A stretch of DNA of 64,000 nucleotides from Bacteroidales bacterium (GTDB lineage: Bacteria > Bacteroidota > Bacteroidia > Bacteroidales > WCHB1-69). This document shows, one piece after another, positions 55,256 through 63,359 of the stretch. The notes below the pieces were generated by a model that searched no databases, was not told the origin of the DNA, and saw only the letters and a program-made list of their open reading frames with translations. Every line of letters starts with the position of its first letter. Positions within the stretch are counted from its first letter, which is position 1. Where the stretch lies: assembly GCA_017535665.1 (NCBI GenBank), contig JAFXTS010000019.1:54531-118530 (forward strand), written 5' to 3'. A program made the translations under genes and the position numbers.

Positions 55256-56671
55256 TTATTCACTCTTCACCCATGCCTTATTAATGTTGCTGGCGAATCT
55301 TTCAGCCTCACTTTCAGAGGTGAACACACCGAGACAGACGCGGCGGTGCCAATCGCCAGGGGTAATGAGGATGGAGGGATTATATTTCTGTAGGCAGGCC
55401 TGGCGGACATGTTTGGCGCAGTCGGCATCAGTGGCCAAACTGCCGTGAATCACGTAGAACTTGCCCGGCTCGAAGGTGATATGCCGCATGTTGTTGATGT
55501 CAAACGGCTCAGTAACAGGCTCCGGTTGAGGCTCTTCCGACTGAACCGTCATCGTGTCCTGCTCTTGTGCAAGGGTGTCGGTCTCAACCGCGACTTCCTC
55601 CACGGGCTCTTCCACCTTTATTTCCTCAACTGGCTGTTGTATAGGCTGCTCGCTTTTGCACCATCCCCATTTTTCGCAGTAAGGACGCACAATATCAGAA
55701 ATTTGTGCGCGGTAGAGGTAGCCGACGGTGCCCGCGGCAGCAAGAATGATCAATACGATTAATAGCCACAACCACCAGCGAGACTTTTTGCGGGGTCTCT
55801 CGGAATGGTCGGCGGAAGCAGGTGCTTCCGGTTCGGTCTCAGGTTCAGCAGCCTCAGGTTCAATCTGATCGGGTTCAGCGATTTCAGGCTCGGAAACGAT
55901 TTCCTGTTCGGGAACAGGTTCCGGCTCGGTTTCTGGTTCAACAGCCCCAGATTCAACCACCTCGTGGTCAGCGATTTCGGGCTCTGGAACGATTACTGGT
56001 TCTGGCTCCGGTTCTAGCTCGGGTTCGGGCTCCGGCTCGGGCATTGGCTCTGGTTCTGGTTGAGGTTCTGGAACTTCGACCACGGTCGGTTCGGGTTCTG
56101 GTTCGGGCACTGACACTGGCACTAGCTCTGGTTCCGGTTCCGGTTCCGATTCGGACTCCGGCTCAGGAACAGGCTCGGGTTCCGGTTGAGGCTCTGGGAC
56201 TGCGACCACGGTCGGTTCGGGTTCTGACGGCACTTCGAGGGGTACGGGAACGACGGGCACTTCGGCAACCTCCTCTTTCAGAGGAAGTTCCTCCATCCCT
56301 TCAAACTCTGCATTCAGCTCTGGAATATAGACACTTTCGAATACCAACACTCCTTTTTTCATCGAGAATATGCCAAAATTTGGCACTTCCACCCGCTTTT
56401 CTTTCGCCACCCGCTCCAGCAGTTCCTCCGTCCAGCGGATGATGGCGTTGTCGGCATCTACAATCTTGGATTTCAGTCGGTTGGAGTGATGGAGAATAAA
56501 AGCGAATCCGCTCCCATCAGCCTGACTGTCAAGCACAACCGAGTAGTGCGGAGGGGTGACAGAGGTCTTTCCCACCTTGGCGGGATGGAATTCCTTGCTA
56601 AAGAGTCCAAGCTGGTTCACATAAACCTGCTCTTCTGTGCGCAACATATCGATTAAGCTACTGACAATCAT
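55256..56671 (-). CDS. HU-CCDC81-like / SPOR-domain protein with a long Pro-Glu repeat linker and one TM helix
   Basis: N-terminal [13 protein letters not shown] and [11 protein letters not shown] modules, about 150 aa of (PEPEPx)n, the TM segment [20 protein letters not shown] and a C-terminal SPOR-like domain. Confidence 0.7.
   Translation of the reverse strand: MIVSSLIDMLRTEEQVYVNQLGLFSKEFHPAKVGKTSVTPPHYSVVLDSQADGSGFAFILHHSNRLKSKIVDADNAIIRWTEELLERVAKEKRVEVPNFGIFSMKKGVLVFESVYIPELNAEFEGMEELPLKEEVAEVPVVPVPLEVPSEPEPTVVAVPEPQPEPEPVPEPESESEPEPEPELVPVSVPEPEPEPTVVEVPEPQPEPEPMPEPEPEPELEPEPEPVIVPEPEIADHEVVESGAVEPETEPEPVPEQEIVSEPEIAEPDQIEPEAAEPETEPEAPASADHSERPRKKSRWWLWLLIVLIILAAAGTVGYLYRAQISDIVRPYCEKWGWCKSEQPIQQPVEEIKVEEPVEEVAVETDTLAQEQDTMTVQSEEPQPEPVTEPFDINNMRHITFEPGKFYVIHGSLATDADCAKHVRQACLQKYNPSILITPGDWHRRVCLGVFTSESEAERFASNINKAWVKSE
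55790..56250 (-). repeat. Coding low-complexity Pro-Glu repeat with an internal duplication of about 125 bp
   Basis: GGTTGAGGTTCTGGAACTTCGACCACGGTCGGTTCGGGTTCTG (about 56059) recurs as GGTTGAGGCTCTGGGACTGCGACCACGGTCGGTTCGGGTTCTG (about 56184). These encode PEPEPTVV(E/A)[10 protein letters not shown]. Confidence 0.85.
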
Positions 56672-56681
56672 ATCTTTTCAA

Positions 56682-57410
56682 TTAAAACTGTGTCATTTTT
56701 TCTGCCCGTTCCAAATCCTCCGGCGTGTCGATACCGATGCTCTCATAGTCGCAAATCCTCACAAAAATGTCGTAACCGTTGTCCAGCCAACGCAGTTGCT
56801 CCAGCTTTTCAGCCTCCTCCAAAGGAGAAGCGGGCAACTGCACCAGTTCGTTCAACACAGAGAGCCGGTAGGCATAGATGCCGACATGTTTGTAATGGAC
56901 GGGCGGCAATTGCTCGTTGCGGTAGTACGGTATCGGCGAGCGGCTGAAATAGAGGGCACGTCCGTTCTGAGCCACCACCACCTTCACCATATTCGGATTC
57001 TGGGGATTTTCATCTCCTGTGAAGGCTTTTGCCAAAGTGGCGATATGCACCTCTGGACGATCGAACTGACTGGTTAACAAACGGATGGCATCGGGTTGGA
57101 TGAATGGCTCATCGCCTTGGATGTTGACCACCACATCCTCTTTAGAAGCCCCCAGCGCACGGGCGGCCTCAGCACAGCGGTCGGTGCCGGAGCGGTGGTT
57201 CGGAGAGGTCATCACCACCTGTCCTCCAAACTGCTCCACTGCTTCACGGATGCGGTCGTCGTCGGTAGCGACGGCCACCTGTGACAATCCAGCCTGGCAG
57301 GCACGCTCATACACCCATTGCACCATCGGCCGGCCATGGATCAACGCCAAAGGCTTGCCGGGGAAACGGGTGGAGGCGTAGCGTGCAGGAATGATTCCGA
57401 TGAACGCCAT
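56682..57410 (-). CDS. kdsB: 3-deoxy-manno-octulosonate cytidylyltransferase
   Basis: GIIPARYASTRFPGKPL N-terminus and NIQGDEPF motif. Confidence 0.93.
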   Translation of the reverse strand: MAFIGIIPARYASTRFPGKPLALIHGRPMVQWVYERACQAGLSQVAVATDDDRIREAVEQFGGQVVMTSPNHRSGTDRCAEAARALGASKEDVVVNIQGDEPFIQPDAIRLLTSQFDRPEVHIATLAKAFTGDENPQNPNMVKVVVAQNGRALYFSRSPIPYYRNEQLPPVHYKHVGIYAYRLSVLNELVQLPASPLEEAEKLEQLRWLDNGYDIFVRICDYESIGIDTPEDLERAEKMTQF

Positions 57411-57413
57411 ACG

Positions 57414-58037
57414 CTATTTGTTGGGGAAAAGACCGAACAACTCAGCGTCAACCTTGTCGATGATGGTACCAAAATCCTCGGGACGTTCACCGAACTTGAT
57501 TTTATTGACATCCACAATCAACAGTTTGCCCAACTTATAGTTGGAAATCCACTCCTCATAACGCTCGTTCAGGTGCTGGAGGTAGTCGAGACGGATGGTC
57601 TTCTCGTACTCGCGGCCGCGCTTCTGAATCTGGGAAACGAGGGTGGAAGTGTCGGCATGAAGATAAATCAGGAGGTCGGGAGCCTGGAGAAACTGCGCCA
57701 TCAGCTCAAAAAGAGAGGCGTAATTCTCGAAGTCGCGCGTGGCCATCAGCTGCATGTCGTGCAAGTTGGGGGCGAAGATATACGCATCCTCGTAGATGGT
57801 ACGGTCCTGAATGACGGTCTTGCTGCGTTTCCGGATGTCGATAACCTGACGGAAACGGTTGTTCAGAAAATAGACCTGCAGGTTGAACGACCAGCGCTGC
57901 ATGTCCTCATAATAACTGGCGAGATAGGGGTTATTTTCCACGCTCTCGTACATGGCTTCCCAGCCGTAATGTTTGGCCAACATGCCGGTAAGGGTGGTTT
58001 TTCCTGATCCGATGTTGCCTGCTACTGCAATATGCAT
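57414..58037 (-). CDS. Deoxynucleoside kinase
   Basis: P-loop IAVAGNIGSGKTTL, and E..NPYL...F.LQ..FL..R motifs of the dNK family. Confidence 0.88.
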   Translation of the reverse strand: MHIAVAGNIGSGKTTLTGMLAKHYGWEAMYESVENNPYLASYYEDMQRWSFNLQVYFLNNRFRQVIDIRKRSKTVIQDRTIYEDAYIFAPNLHDMQLMATRDFENYASLFELMAQFLQAPDLLIYLHADTSTLVSQIQKRGREYEKTIRLDYLQHLNERYEEWISNYKLGKLLIVDVNKIKFGERPEDFGTIIDKVDAELFGLFPNK

Positions 58038-58066
58038 AAATGTATTTTTTTAGTGATAATTGACTG

Positions 58067-58074
58067 CAAAAATA
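58067..58074 (-). promoter_or_regulatory. -7 promoter box (TATTTTTG on the minus strand) for the dNK-kdsB operon
   Basis: CAAAAATA lies 30 nt upstream of the start at 58037. Confidence 0.5.
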
Positions 58075-58192
58075 CAAAAAGAATGGCAAAGAAAAGAGGT
58101 TTGTGGATGTTTTGTTAATAAAAAGTGCAATTTATTAGTTTACAATAAAATAAACAATACTGTACCCCAATTTTTGTTCACCAGACTATCGG

Positions 58193-58579
58193 TCACATCG
58201 CCAGCAGCTTGCGCACTGCCAGCTCGTCGGCACGGAGCTGCGCGGCCAGCTCCTCCACCGAGGCGAATTTCTGTTCTCCCCTCACCCGATCCAGCACCAT
58301 GAACTCCACCTGCTGTCCATACAAGTCGCCCTGAAAGTCCAAAAGATGCAGTTCCACCACCGGCTCCGTCAGGTTCAGCGTGGGCCGATGACCACAATAG
58401 AGCATCGCAGCCAGCGTTTTTTCAGCGACCTTGACCTTGGCGGCATACACCCCTTCCTCTATCAACATAACAGGATGTATATCAGCTAAATTAATGGTCG
58501 GATAATGCCATTTTCTGCCATTCTCATGACCATGAATTACGCTTCCACTATGCCAATTTTTTTCCATGTGTGGGCTCAT
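58193..58579 (-). CDS. Stand-alone riboflavin kinase domain protein
   Basis: 128 aa, collinear with the C-terminal RFK half of RibF: GSVIHGHENGRKWHYPTINL, GVYAAKV, GHRPT, ELHLLDFQGDLYGQ and GEQKFASVEELAAQLRADE. The start overlaps the rsmI stop by 4 bp. Confidence 0.8.
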   Translation of the reverse strand: MSPHMEKNWHSGSVIHGHENGRKWHYPTINLADIHPVMLIEEGVYAAKVKVAEKTLAAMLYCGHRPTLNLTEPVVELHLLDFQGDLYGQQVEFMVLDRVRGEQKFASVEELAAQLRADELAVRKLLAM

Positions 58580-59268
58580 TTTGATTCCGTTTGTCGGTCA
58601 TCCGGCGCGGGTTCCACCACCACCACAATCTCGCCTTTCACCTCTTTGGCAGAGAAATGCTGGAGCGCCTCCTGCAACGTGCCCCTGAAGTTCTCCTCGT
58701 GGATTTTAGTCAGCTCGCGGCAGACACAAACGGCCCTGTCTGTGCCAAAAAATGGCATCATCATCTCCAAAGTTTTCACCAAACGGTAGGGTGATTCATA
58801 AAAGATGGAGGTCTCCTGTGCGGCAGCCATCTGCTTGAGACAGGTCTCTTTACCTTTTTTATGGGGAATGAAACCGTAGAATTTGAAGCTGCTGGCGGGA
58901 AGAGCGGAGTTGACGAGTGCCGGAATCAGGGCGGTGGCACCGGGCAGGCACTCCACCTCGATACCCTGCCGCACGCACTCCCTCACCAACAGATAGCCCG
59001 GGTCGGAGATGCAGGGAGTTCCCGCATCGGAGGTAAGCGCCACCATTTCCGCCTGCTGAATCTGCCGGATGATATGCTCCAGCTGCTGGTGCTCATTATG
59101 AATATGGTAGGCATAGCAGGTCTTCTCCAGCTCAAAATGGCGGAGCAGATTTTTGGTGGTGCGAGTATCTTCGCAAAGCACAAAGTCTGCCTCTTTCAGC
59201 ACGTTAAGTGCCCGAAGCGTGATATCTTCCAAATTCCCGATGGGGGTGGGTACAACGACAAGCCGCAT
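58576..59268 (-). CDS. rsmI: 16S rRNA (cytidine1402-2'-O)-methyltransferase
   Basis: LVVVPTPIGNLEDITLRALNVLKEADFVLCEDTRTT is the canonical RsmI N-terminus. Confidence 0.93.
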   Translation of the reverse strand: MRLVVVPTPIGNLEDITLRALNVLKEADFVLCEDTRTTKNLLRHFELEKTCYAYHIHNEHQQLEHIIRQIQQAEMVALTSDAGTPCISDPGYLLVRECVRQGIEVECLPGATALIPALVNSALPASSFKFYGFIPHKKGKETCLKQMAAAQETSIFYESPYRLVKTLEMMMPFFGTDRAVCVCRELTKIHEENFRGTLQEALQHFSAKEVKGEIVVVVEPAPDDRQTESK

Positions 59269-59271
59269 AGA

Positions 59272-60135
59272 CTACAGATAAGTTTTGAGTTTCGACTGGT
59301 TCCCGTCTGTGCGGAGGCGCTTGATGGCGCGCTCCTTGATCTGGCGCACGCGCTCTCTGGAGAGGGCAGTGCAGGCGCTGATCTCATCGAGGGTGTATTC
59401 GCGTTTGGTATGGAAACCGAAGTACATGCTGACCACCTCACGCTCGGTGGGCGGCAGAGAAGCCAACACCGCGTCGAGGTCGGTGGTGAGCGACTCCGAC
59501 ATCAGCACATCGTCGGTCGCTTTGCCACCTTCCGGCACGAACGTGTCGATGAACTTGGTGTCGTCGTCGGCGCTCAGCGGGGCATCAATAGAGACATGGT
59601 AGCCGTTCTGACGCAGCAGGTCGGTAACTTTGTCGGGCGCAAGATCCACAGCCTCAGCAATTTCCTCAATGGTAGGATTGCGGAGCAGTTCCTGCTCGAG
59701 GCGCGACATCTCCTTGCGGATTTTGCCGATGGTGCTCACCTGGTTAAGGGGCAGGCGCACCACCCTCGACTGCTCGGCGATGGCGGTGAGAATCGACTGG
59801 CGGATCCACCACACGGCATACGAGATAAACTTGAAGCCGCGGGTCTCATCGAAACGCTCGGCGGCCCGCAGCAGACCGATATTTCCTTCTGTAATCAGGT
59901 CCGACAGTGAGATGCCCTGATTCTGGTATTTCTTGGCAATGGAAACAACAAATCTCAGGTTAGAGGTGGTGAGTTTCTCCAATGCCTCGCGGTCGCCTGC
60001 CTTGATACGGCGGGCCAGCTCGACCTCTTCGTCTGCGGTGATGAGCGGTGCCTTGGAAATGTCGGCAAGGTAACGCTCCAACGAAGCCGAGTCGCGGTTG
60101 GTAATGGAGTTGGAGATTTTAATTTGACGCATCAT
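59272..60135 (-). CDS. rpoD: Primary RNA polymerase sigma factor (Bacteroidota sigma-A type)
   Basis: 287 aa with regions 2-4 (EGNIGLLRAAERFD, YAVWWIRQSI, LDEISACTALSRERVRQI). It lacks the long region 1.1, as is typical in Bacteroidota. Confidence 0.92.
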   Translation of the reverse strand: MMRQIKISNSITNRDSASLERYLADISKAPLITADEEVELARRIKAGDREALEKLTTSNLRFVVSIAKKYQNQGISLSDLITEGNIGLLRAAERFDETRGFKFISYAVWWIRQSILTAIAEQSRVVRLPLNQVSTIGKIRKEMSRLEQELLRNPTIEEIAEAVDLAPDKVTDLLRQNGYHVSIDAPLSADDDTKFIDTFVPEGGKATDDVLMSESLTTDLDAVLASLPPTEREVVSMYFGFHTKREYTLDEISACTALSRERVRQIKERAIKRLRTDGNQSKLKTYL

Positions 60136-60165
60136 AATGGTATGGTTTTTGGTGGGTTAATGTTT

Positions 60166-60227
60166 GATTTGAGAGATTTGGAGATTTGAAAGATTTGAAA
60201 GATTGGGAGATTTGAAAGATTTGGGAA
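60166..60227 (+). repeat. Tandem 8-9-mer array (GATTTGRRA)x7, inside a 102-nt C-free tract
   Basis: GATTTGAGA GATTTGGA GATTTGAAA GATTTGAAA GATTGGGA GATTTGAAA GATTTGGGA. It abuts the protease stop (60228) and ends 30 nt before the rpoD start. The plus strand has no C from 60136 to 60237. Confidence 0.95.
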
Positions 60228-61337
60228 TTAATTATTTCCGTTGGAGTAGTAGAGTTGGGTGGTGCCTTCGCTATTGAGGAGGGTGAGGGGTGTTTTATGG
60301 GAGCTGCCGTTGCGCAGGTAGGCGACTTCCACACGGTCGCCGGGTGAGTACTGGGCCATCACCTCGCGCAGTTCGGAAACAGAATTGACTTCCGCACCAT
60401 TGATGGAGGTGATCACATCATACTGCTGGAGGCCAGCGCGGTAGGCAGCGCCATCGTCGGCAACAGAGGTGATGCAGACGCCTTTCACCTGTGGGAGGTT
60501 CAGTTCCTGCGCCACGTTATTGTCCACCTCCTGGATGGTGACGGCCAGCACAGCGCGCTGCACCATACCATATTCTTTTAAATCACCCACCACCTTACGG
60601 GCGATGTTGGAGGGGATGGCGAAGGAGTAGCCGGTGTAGTAGCCGGTATGGCTTGCGATGGCGGAGTTGATGCCGATGAGTTCGCCCGAGGCGTTCACCA
60701 AAGCACCTCCGCTATTTCCCTGATTGACAGCCGCATCAGTCTGTATAAACGACTCGATGGAGGTGTTTTCGCCGAGGATGTCGAGGTTACGGGCTTTGGC
60801 GCTCACGATGCCGGCGGTGACGGTAGAGGTGAGGTTGAAGGGGTTGCCCACGGCGAGCACCCACTCCCCTATCCGCACCTCGTCGGAGTTGCCGAAGGTG
60901 AGGGTGGGCAGGCCGTCGCACTCAATCTTGATGAGGGCGAGGTCGGTCTGCGGGTCGGTGCCGACGATGGTGGCGGGGAACTCGCGCTTGTCGTTCAACG
61001 TCACAGTAATATCCTGTGCATTTTCCACCACATGGTTGTTGGTGACGATGTAGCCGTCGGGACTGATGATCACGCCGGAGCCGGCGCCCATCACCTGCTG
61101 CTCATGCGTGCCGAAAGGTGCCGAAAAATTGAAAAAATCCTCCCAAAAACTTCCACTGAAGAAGTCATCCCAGCCAGAAGTACGGTACAAAAATGTGGTT
61201 TTGATGTGCACAACGGCGTGTACAGACTGCTCGGCGGCGGAAGTTAAATCTACATACGAGCGGGATGCAGACTGCGCTGACACTCCTGTCACAATCACAA
61301 TCAACAATGTGGTTATCAGTAATTTAATCGTTTTCAT
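60228..61337 (-). CDS. S1C (HtrA/DegP-like) serine protease with one PDZ domain
   Basis: Signal peptide, the trypsin-fold motifs TNNHVV and GNSGGALV, and a C-terminal PDZ domain. The start was moved to MKTIKLL at 61337. Confidence 0.88.
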   Translation of the reverse strand: MKTIKLLITTLLIVIVTGVSAQSASRSYVDLTSAAEQSVHAVVHIKTTFLYRTSGWDDFFSGSFWEDFFNFSAPFGTHEQQVMGAGSGVIISPDGYIVTNNHVVENAQDITVTLNDKREFPATIVGTDPQTDLALIKIECDGLPTLTFGNSDEVRIGEWVLAVGNPFNLTSTVTAGIVSAKARNLDILGENTSIESFIQTDAAVNQGNSGGALVNASGELIGINSAIASHTGYYTGYSFAIPSNIARKVVGDLKEYGMVQRAVLAVTIQEVDNNVAQELNLPQVKGVCITSVADDGAAYRAGLQQYDVITSINGAEVNSVSELREVMAQYSPGDRVEVAYLRNGSSHKTPLTLLNSEGTTQLYYSNGNN

Positions 61338-61457
61338 AGGCGTAATTTTTATCAACATTCATTCAACATATAATATAACATAGACAAACAAGAAACGAAA
61401 TTGTTCGCCAAAAATTATTTTATTTTTCAAATAAAGAAAAAAATTAAAAAAATAGTT

Positions 61458-61465
61458 GTAATTTT
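61458..61465 (+). promoter_or_regulatory. -7 promoter box TAATTTTG upstream of rplU
   Basis: TAnnTTTG match 39 nt upstream of the ATG at 61504. Confidence 0.5.
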
Positions 61466-61503
61466 GCCGCCCGAAAAATTATGTCTAACTAAAATCAATC
61501 AAA

Positions 61504-61815
61504 ATGTACGCAATCGTAGAAATAGCAGGGCAACAATTTAAGATTGAAAAAGATCAGAAGATCTTTGTTCATCGCCTCAAAGCTGAAGAAGGTGCCGAAG
61601 TAAAATTCGACCGCGTGATGTTAGTGGACGACAACGGTTCTGTAAAAGTGGGCACCCCCACCGTTGCTGGTGCAGAAGTTTCTGCCACTGTCTTGAAACA
61701 TCTCAAAGGAGAAAAAGTGCTGGTCTTCAAGAAGAAGAGAAGAAAAGGTTATCAGACCTTGAACGGACATCGTCAGTATTTGACTTCTGTTCAGATCAAC
61801 AGCATTCATTTCTAA
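61504..61815 (+). CDS. rplU: 50S ribosomal protein L21
   Basis: [22 protein letters not shown] is the canonical L21 N-terminus. Confidence 0.95.
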   Translation: MYAIVEIAGQQFKIEKDQKIFVHRLKAEEGAEVKFDRVMLVDDNGSVKVGTPTVAGAEVSATVLKHLKGEKVLVFKKKRRKGYQTLNGHRQYLTSVQINSIHF

Positions 61816-61857
61816 TTCATTAATTCACGGATTTTATCACTAAAAAAATCATTTATT

Positions 61858-62130
61858 ATGGCTCATAAAAAAGGTGTCGGTAGTACTCAAAACGGTCGCG
61901 AATCCGAAAGCAAACGTTTAGGAATCAAGATTTTTGGCGGCCAGATTTGCAAAGCCGGTAATATTCTCATCCGACAGAGAGGTACTCTTCACAATCCCGG
62001 CAGAAATGTGGGTATTGGCAAAGACCATACCATTTATGCACTTGTTGACGGAACCGTAGAATTCAAGAAACGTGCCGGTGGCAAGTCCTTTGTATCTGTC
62101 ATCCCGATGGAACAGGGAGCTGAAGCATAA
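61858..62130 (+). CDS. rpmA: 50S ribosomal protein L27
   Basis: [24 protein letters not shown] is the canonical L27 N-terminus. Confidence 0.95.
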   Translation: MAHKKGVGSTQNGRESESKRLGIKIFGGQICKAGNILIRQRGTLHNPGRNVGIGKDHTIYALVDGTVEFKKRAGGKSFVSVIPMEQGAEA

Positions 62131-62145
62131 ACCGTAACAGCATTC

Positions 62146-62173
62146 AAAACCGTATCAACATTGATACGGTTTT
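62146..62173 (+). terminator. Hairpin after rpmA (terminator or processing site before the tRNAs)
   Basis: AAAACCGTATC, loop AACATT, GATACGGTTTT: an 11-bp stem with a short U-tract. tRNA-Pro starts 7 nt later. Confidence 0.55.
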
Positions 62174-62179
62174 GAGATA

Positions 62180-62255
62180 CGGGATGTAGTTCAGTTGGCA
62201 GAATACTTGGTTTGGGACCAAGGGGTCGCTCGTTCGAGTCGAGTCATCCCGACCA
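62180..62255 (+). tRNA. tRNA-Pro (anticodon TGG), CCA encoded
   Basis: Manual cloverleaf. Acceptor stem CGGGATG/CATCCCG, anticodon stem CTTGG/CCAAG with loop TTTGGGA, T-arm GCTCG-TTCGAGT-CGAGT, then ACCA. Confidence 0.9.
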
Positions 62256-62265
62256 ATGAATAAAA

Positions 62266-62339
62266 GGTTCCGTAGCTCAGCTGGATAGAGCAACTGCCTT
62301 CTAAGCAGTAGGTCCCGCGTTCGAATCGCGGCGGAATCA
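62266..62339 (+). tRNA. tRNA-Arg (anticodon TCT)
   Basis: Manual cloverleaf. Acceptor stem GGTTCCG/CGGAATC (one G-T pair), D-arm GCTC-AGCTGGATA-GAGC, anticodon stem ACTGC/GCAGT with loop CTTCTAA, T-arm CCGCG-TTCGAAT-CGCGG. Confidence 0.9.
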
Positions 62340-62347
62340 CAACAGAA

Positions 62348-62375
62348 ACACCTGCAAAATTGCAGGTGTTTTTTT
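62348..62375 (+). terminator. Rho-independent terminator after tRNA-Arg
   Basis: ACACCTGCA, loop AAAT, TGCAGGTGT, followed by T7. Confidence 0.85.
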
Positions 62376-62413
62376 ATCCACTCCCCACCCCTCAATTTTA
62401 AAAAATTTTTCTT

Positions 62414-62421
62414 TACATTTG
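62414..62421 (+). promoter_or_regulatory. -7 promoter box TACATTTG upstream of the KilA-N gene
   Basis: TAnnTTTG match about 75 nt upstream of the start. The hairpin AAATCCTG...CAGGATTT lies in the leader. Confidence 0.4.
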
Positions 62422-62495
62422 CAGACGAAATCCTGACTATAAAATTGCACAGGATTTTTATTATTATCATACTCATTCACAAACTATTATAACTG

Positions 62496-63314
62496 ATGAT
62501 GAAAACACAAGAAATAAATGTCAAGGAAACCGCCATTCGAACCATGAAGATTGGCGACATTGATTACATCTGTATCACTGACATTGCCAAGCAGAAGAAT
62601 CGGTTGGAGCCTAATGCTGTAGTTGGTAATTGGATGCGGAACCGAAACACCATTGAGTATCTTGGTTTATGGGAATATTTGAACAATCCCAGTTTTAACC
62701 CCATCGAATTCGAGGGGTTTAAACATCAAGCCGGTCTCAACGCTTTTACACTTTCTCCTTCCCGTTGGATTGATGCAACTAACGCCATAGGACTGATTTC
62801 GAAGAGCGGCCGCTATGGCGGCACTTTCGCCCAGCGTGATATCGCATTCAAGTTTGCCAACTGGGTGTCGGTTGAGTTCGAATTGTATCTTATCAAAGAA
62901 TTTCAGCGGCTGAAAGAGGAAGAGCAGAAGGCACTTGGGTGGTCGGCGAAGCGCGAGCTCTCGAAAATCAACTACCATATTCACACCGATGCCATCCGCT
63001 CGAATCTTATTCCTGATGAAATTGACACCTACCACAGTTCAATTATTTATGCAGAAGAAGCTGATGTCCTGAATGTTGCCCTTTTCGGCATTACAGCCAA
63101 AGAATGGAGAGAGGCCAACCCCAACAAGAAAGGCAATATGCGCGACTATGCAACTATCAATCAGTTGATATGCCTCTCAAATATGGAGAACCTCAACGCA
63201 GTTTTCATCAATGAAGGCATTCCCCAACGCGAACGCCTCCTAAAGCTCAACAAAATCGCCATCCAACAGATGACCATCTTAGAGGAAGTGGGGAACCGGA
63301 AATTATTGAAATAA
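62496..63314 (+). CDS. KilA-N domain-containing protein
   Basis: IDYICITDIAKQKN...NWMRNRNTIEYLGLWE...SKSGRYGGTFAQRDIAFKFANWVSVEFELYLIKEF matches the Bacteroidales KilA-N family as I remember it. Confidence 0.8.
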   Translation: MMKTQEINVKETAIRTMKIGDIDYICITDIAKQKNRLEPNAVVGNWMRNRNTIEYLGLWEYLNNPSFNPIEFEGFKHQAGLNAFTLSPSRWIDATNAIGLISKSGRYGGTFAQRDIAFKFANWVSVEFELYLIKEFQRLKEEEQKALGWSAKRELSKINYHIHTDAIRSNLIPDEIDTYHSSIIYAEEADVLNVALFGITAKEWREANPNKKGNMRDYATINQLICLSNMENLNAVFINEGIPQRERLLKLNKIAIQQMTILEEVGNRKLLK

Positions 63315-63359
63315 AATTTGTATTTTTGCCCGCTGTATTGACATTAACAAATGCCCCTA

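Noticed and set aside
55822-56442. 206-aa plus-strand ORF rich in R/V/P/L repeats
   Set aside because: It is simply the antisense reading of the Pro-Glu coding repeat of the HU/SPOR protein.
58861-59910. 349-aa ORF on the plus strand
   Set aside because: It spans the antisense of both rsmI and rpoD, which are unambiguous. It is a shadow ORF.
62374-62381. DnaA-box-like TTATCCAC next to the tRNA terminator; also parAB and mnmE as possible origin markers
   Set aside because: There is only a single box, with no cluster and no adjacent AT-rich unwinding element. parAB and mnmE are not reliably origin-linked in Bacteroidota.
62144-62476. 110-aa minus-strand ORF
   Set aside because: It runs straight through both tRNA genes and two terminators, so it is spurious.
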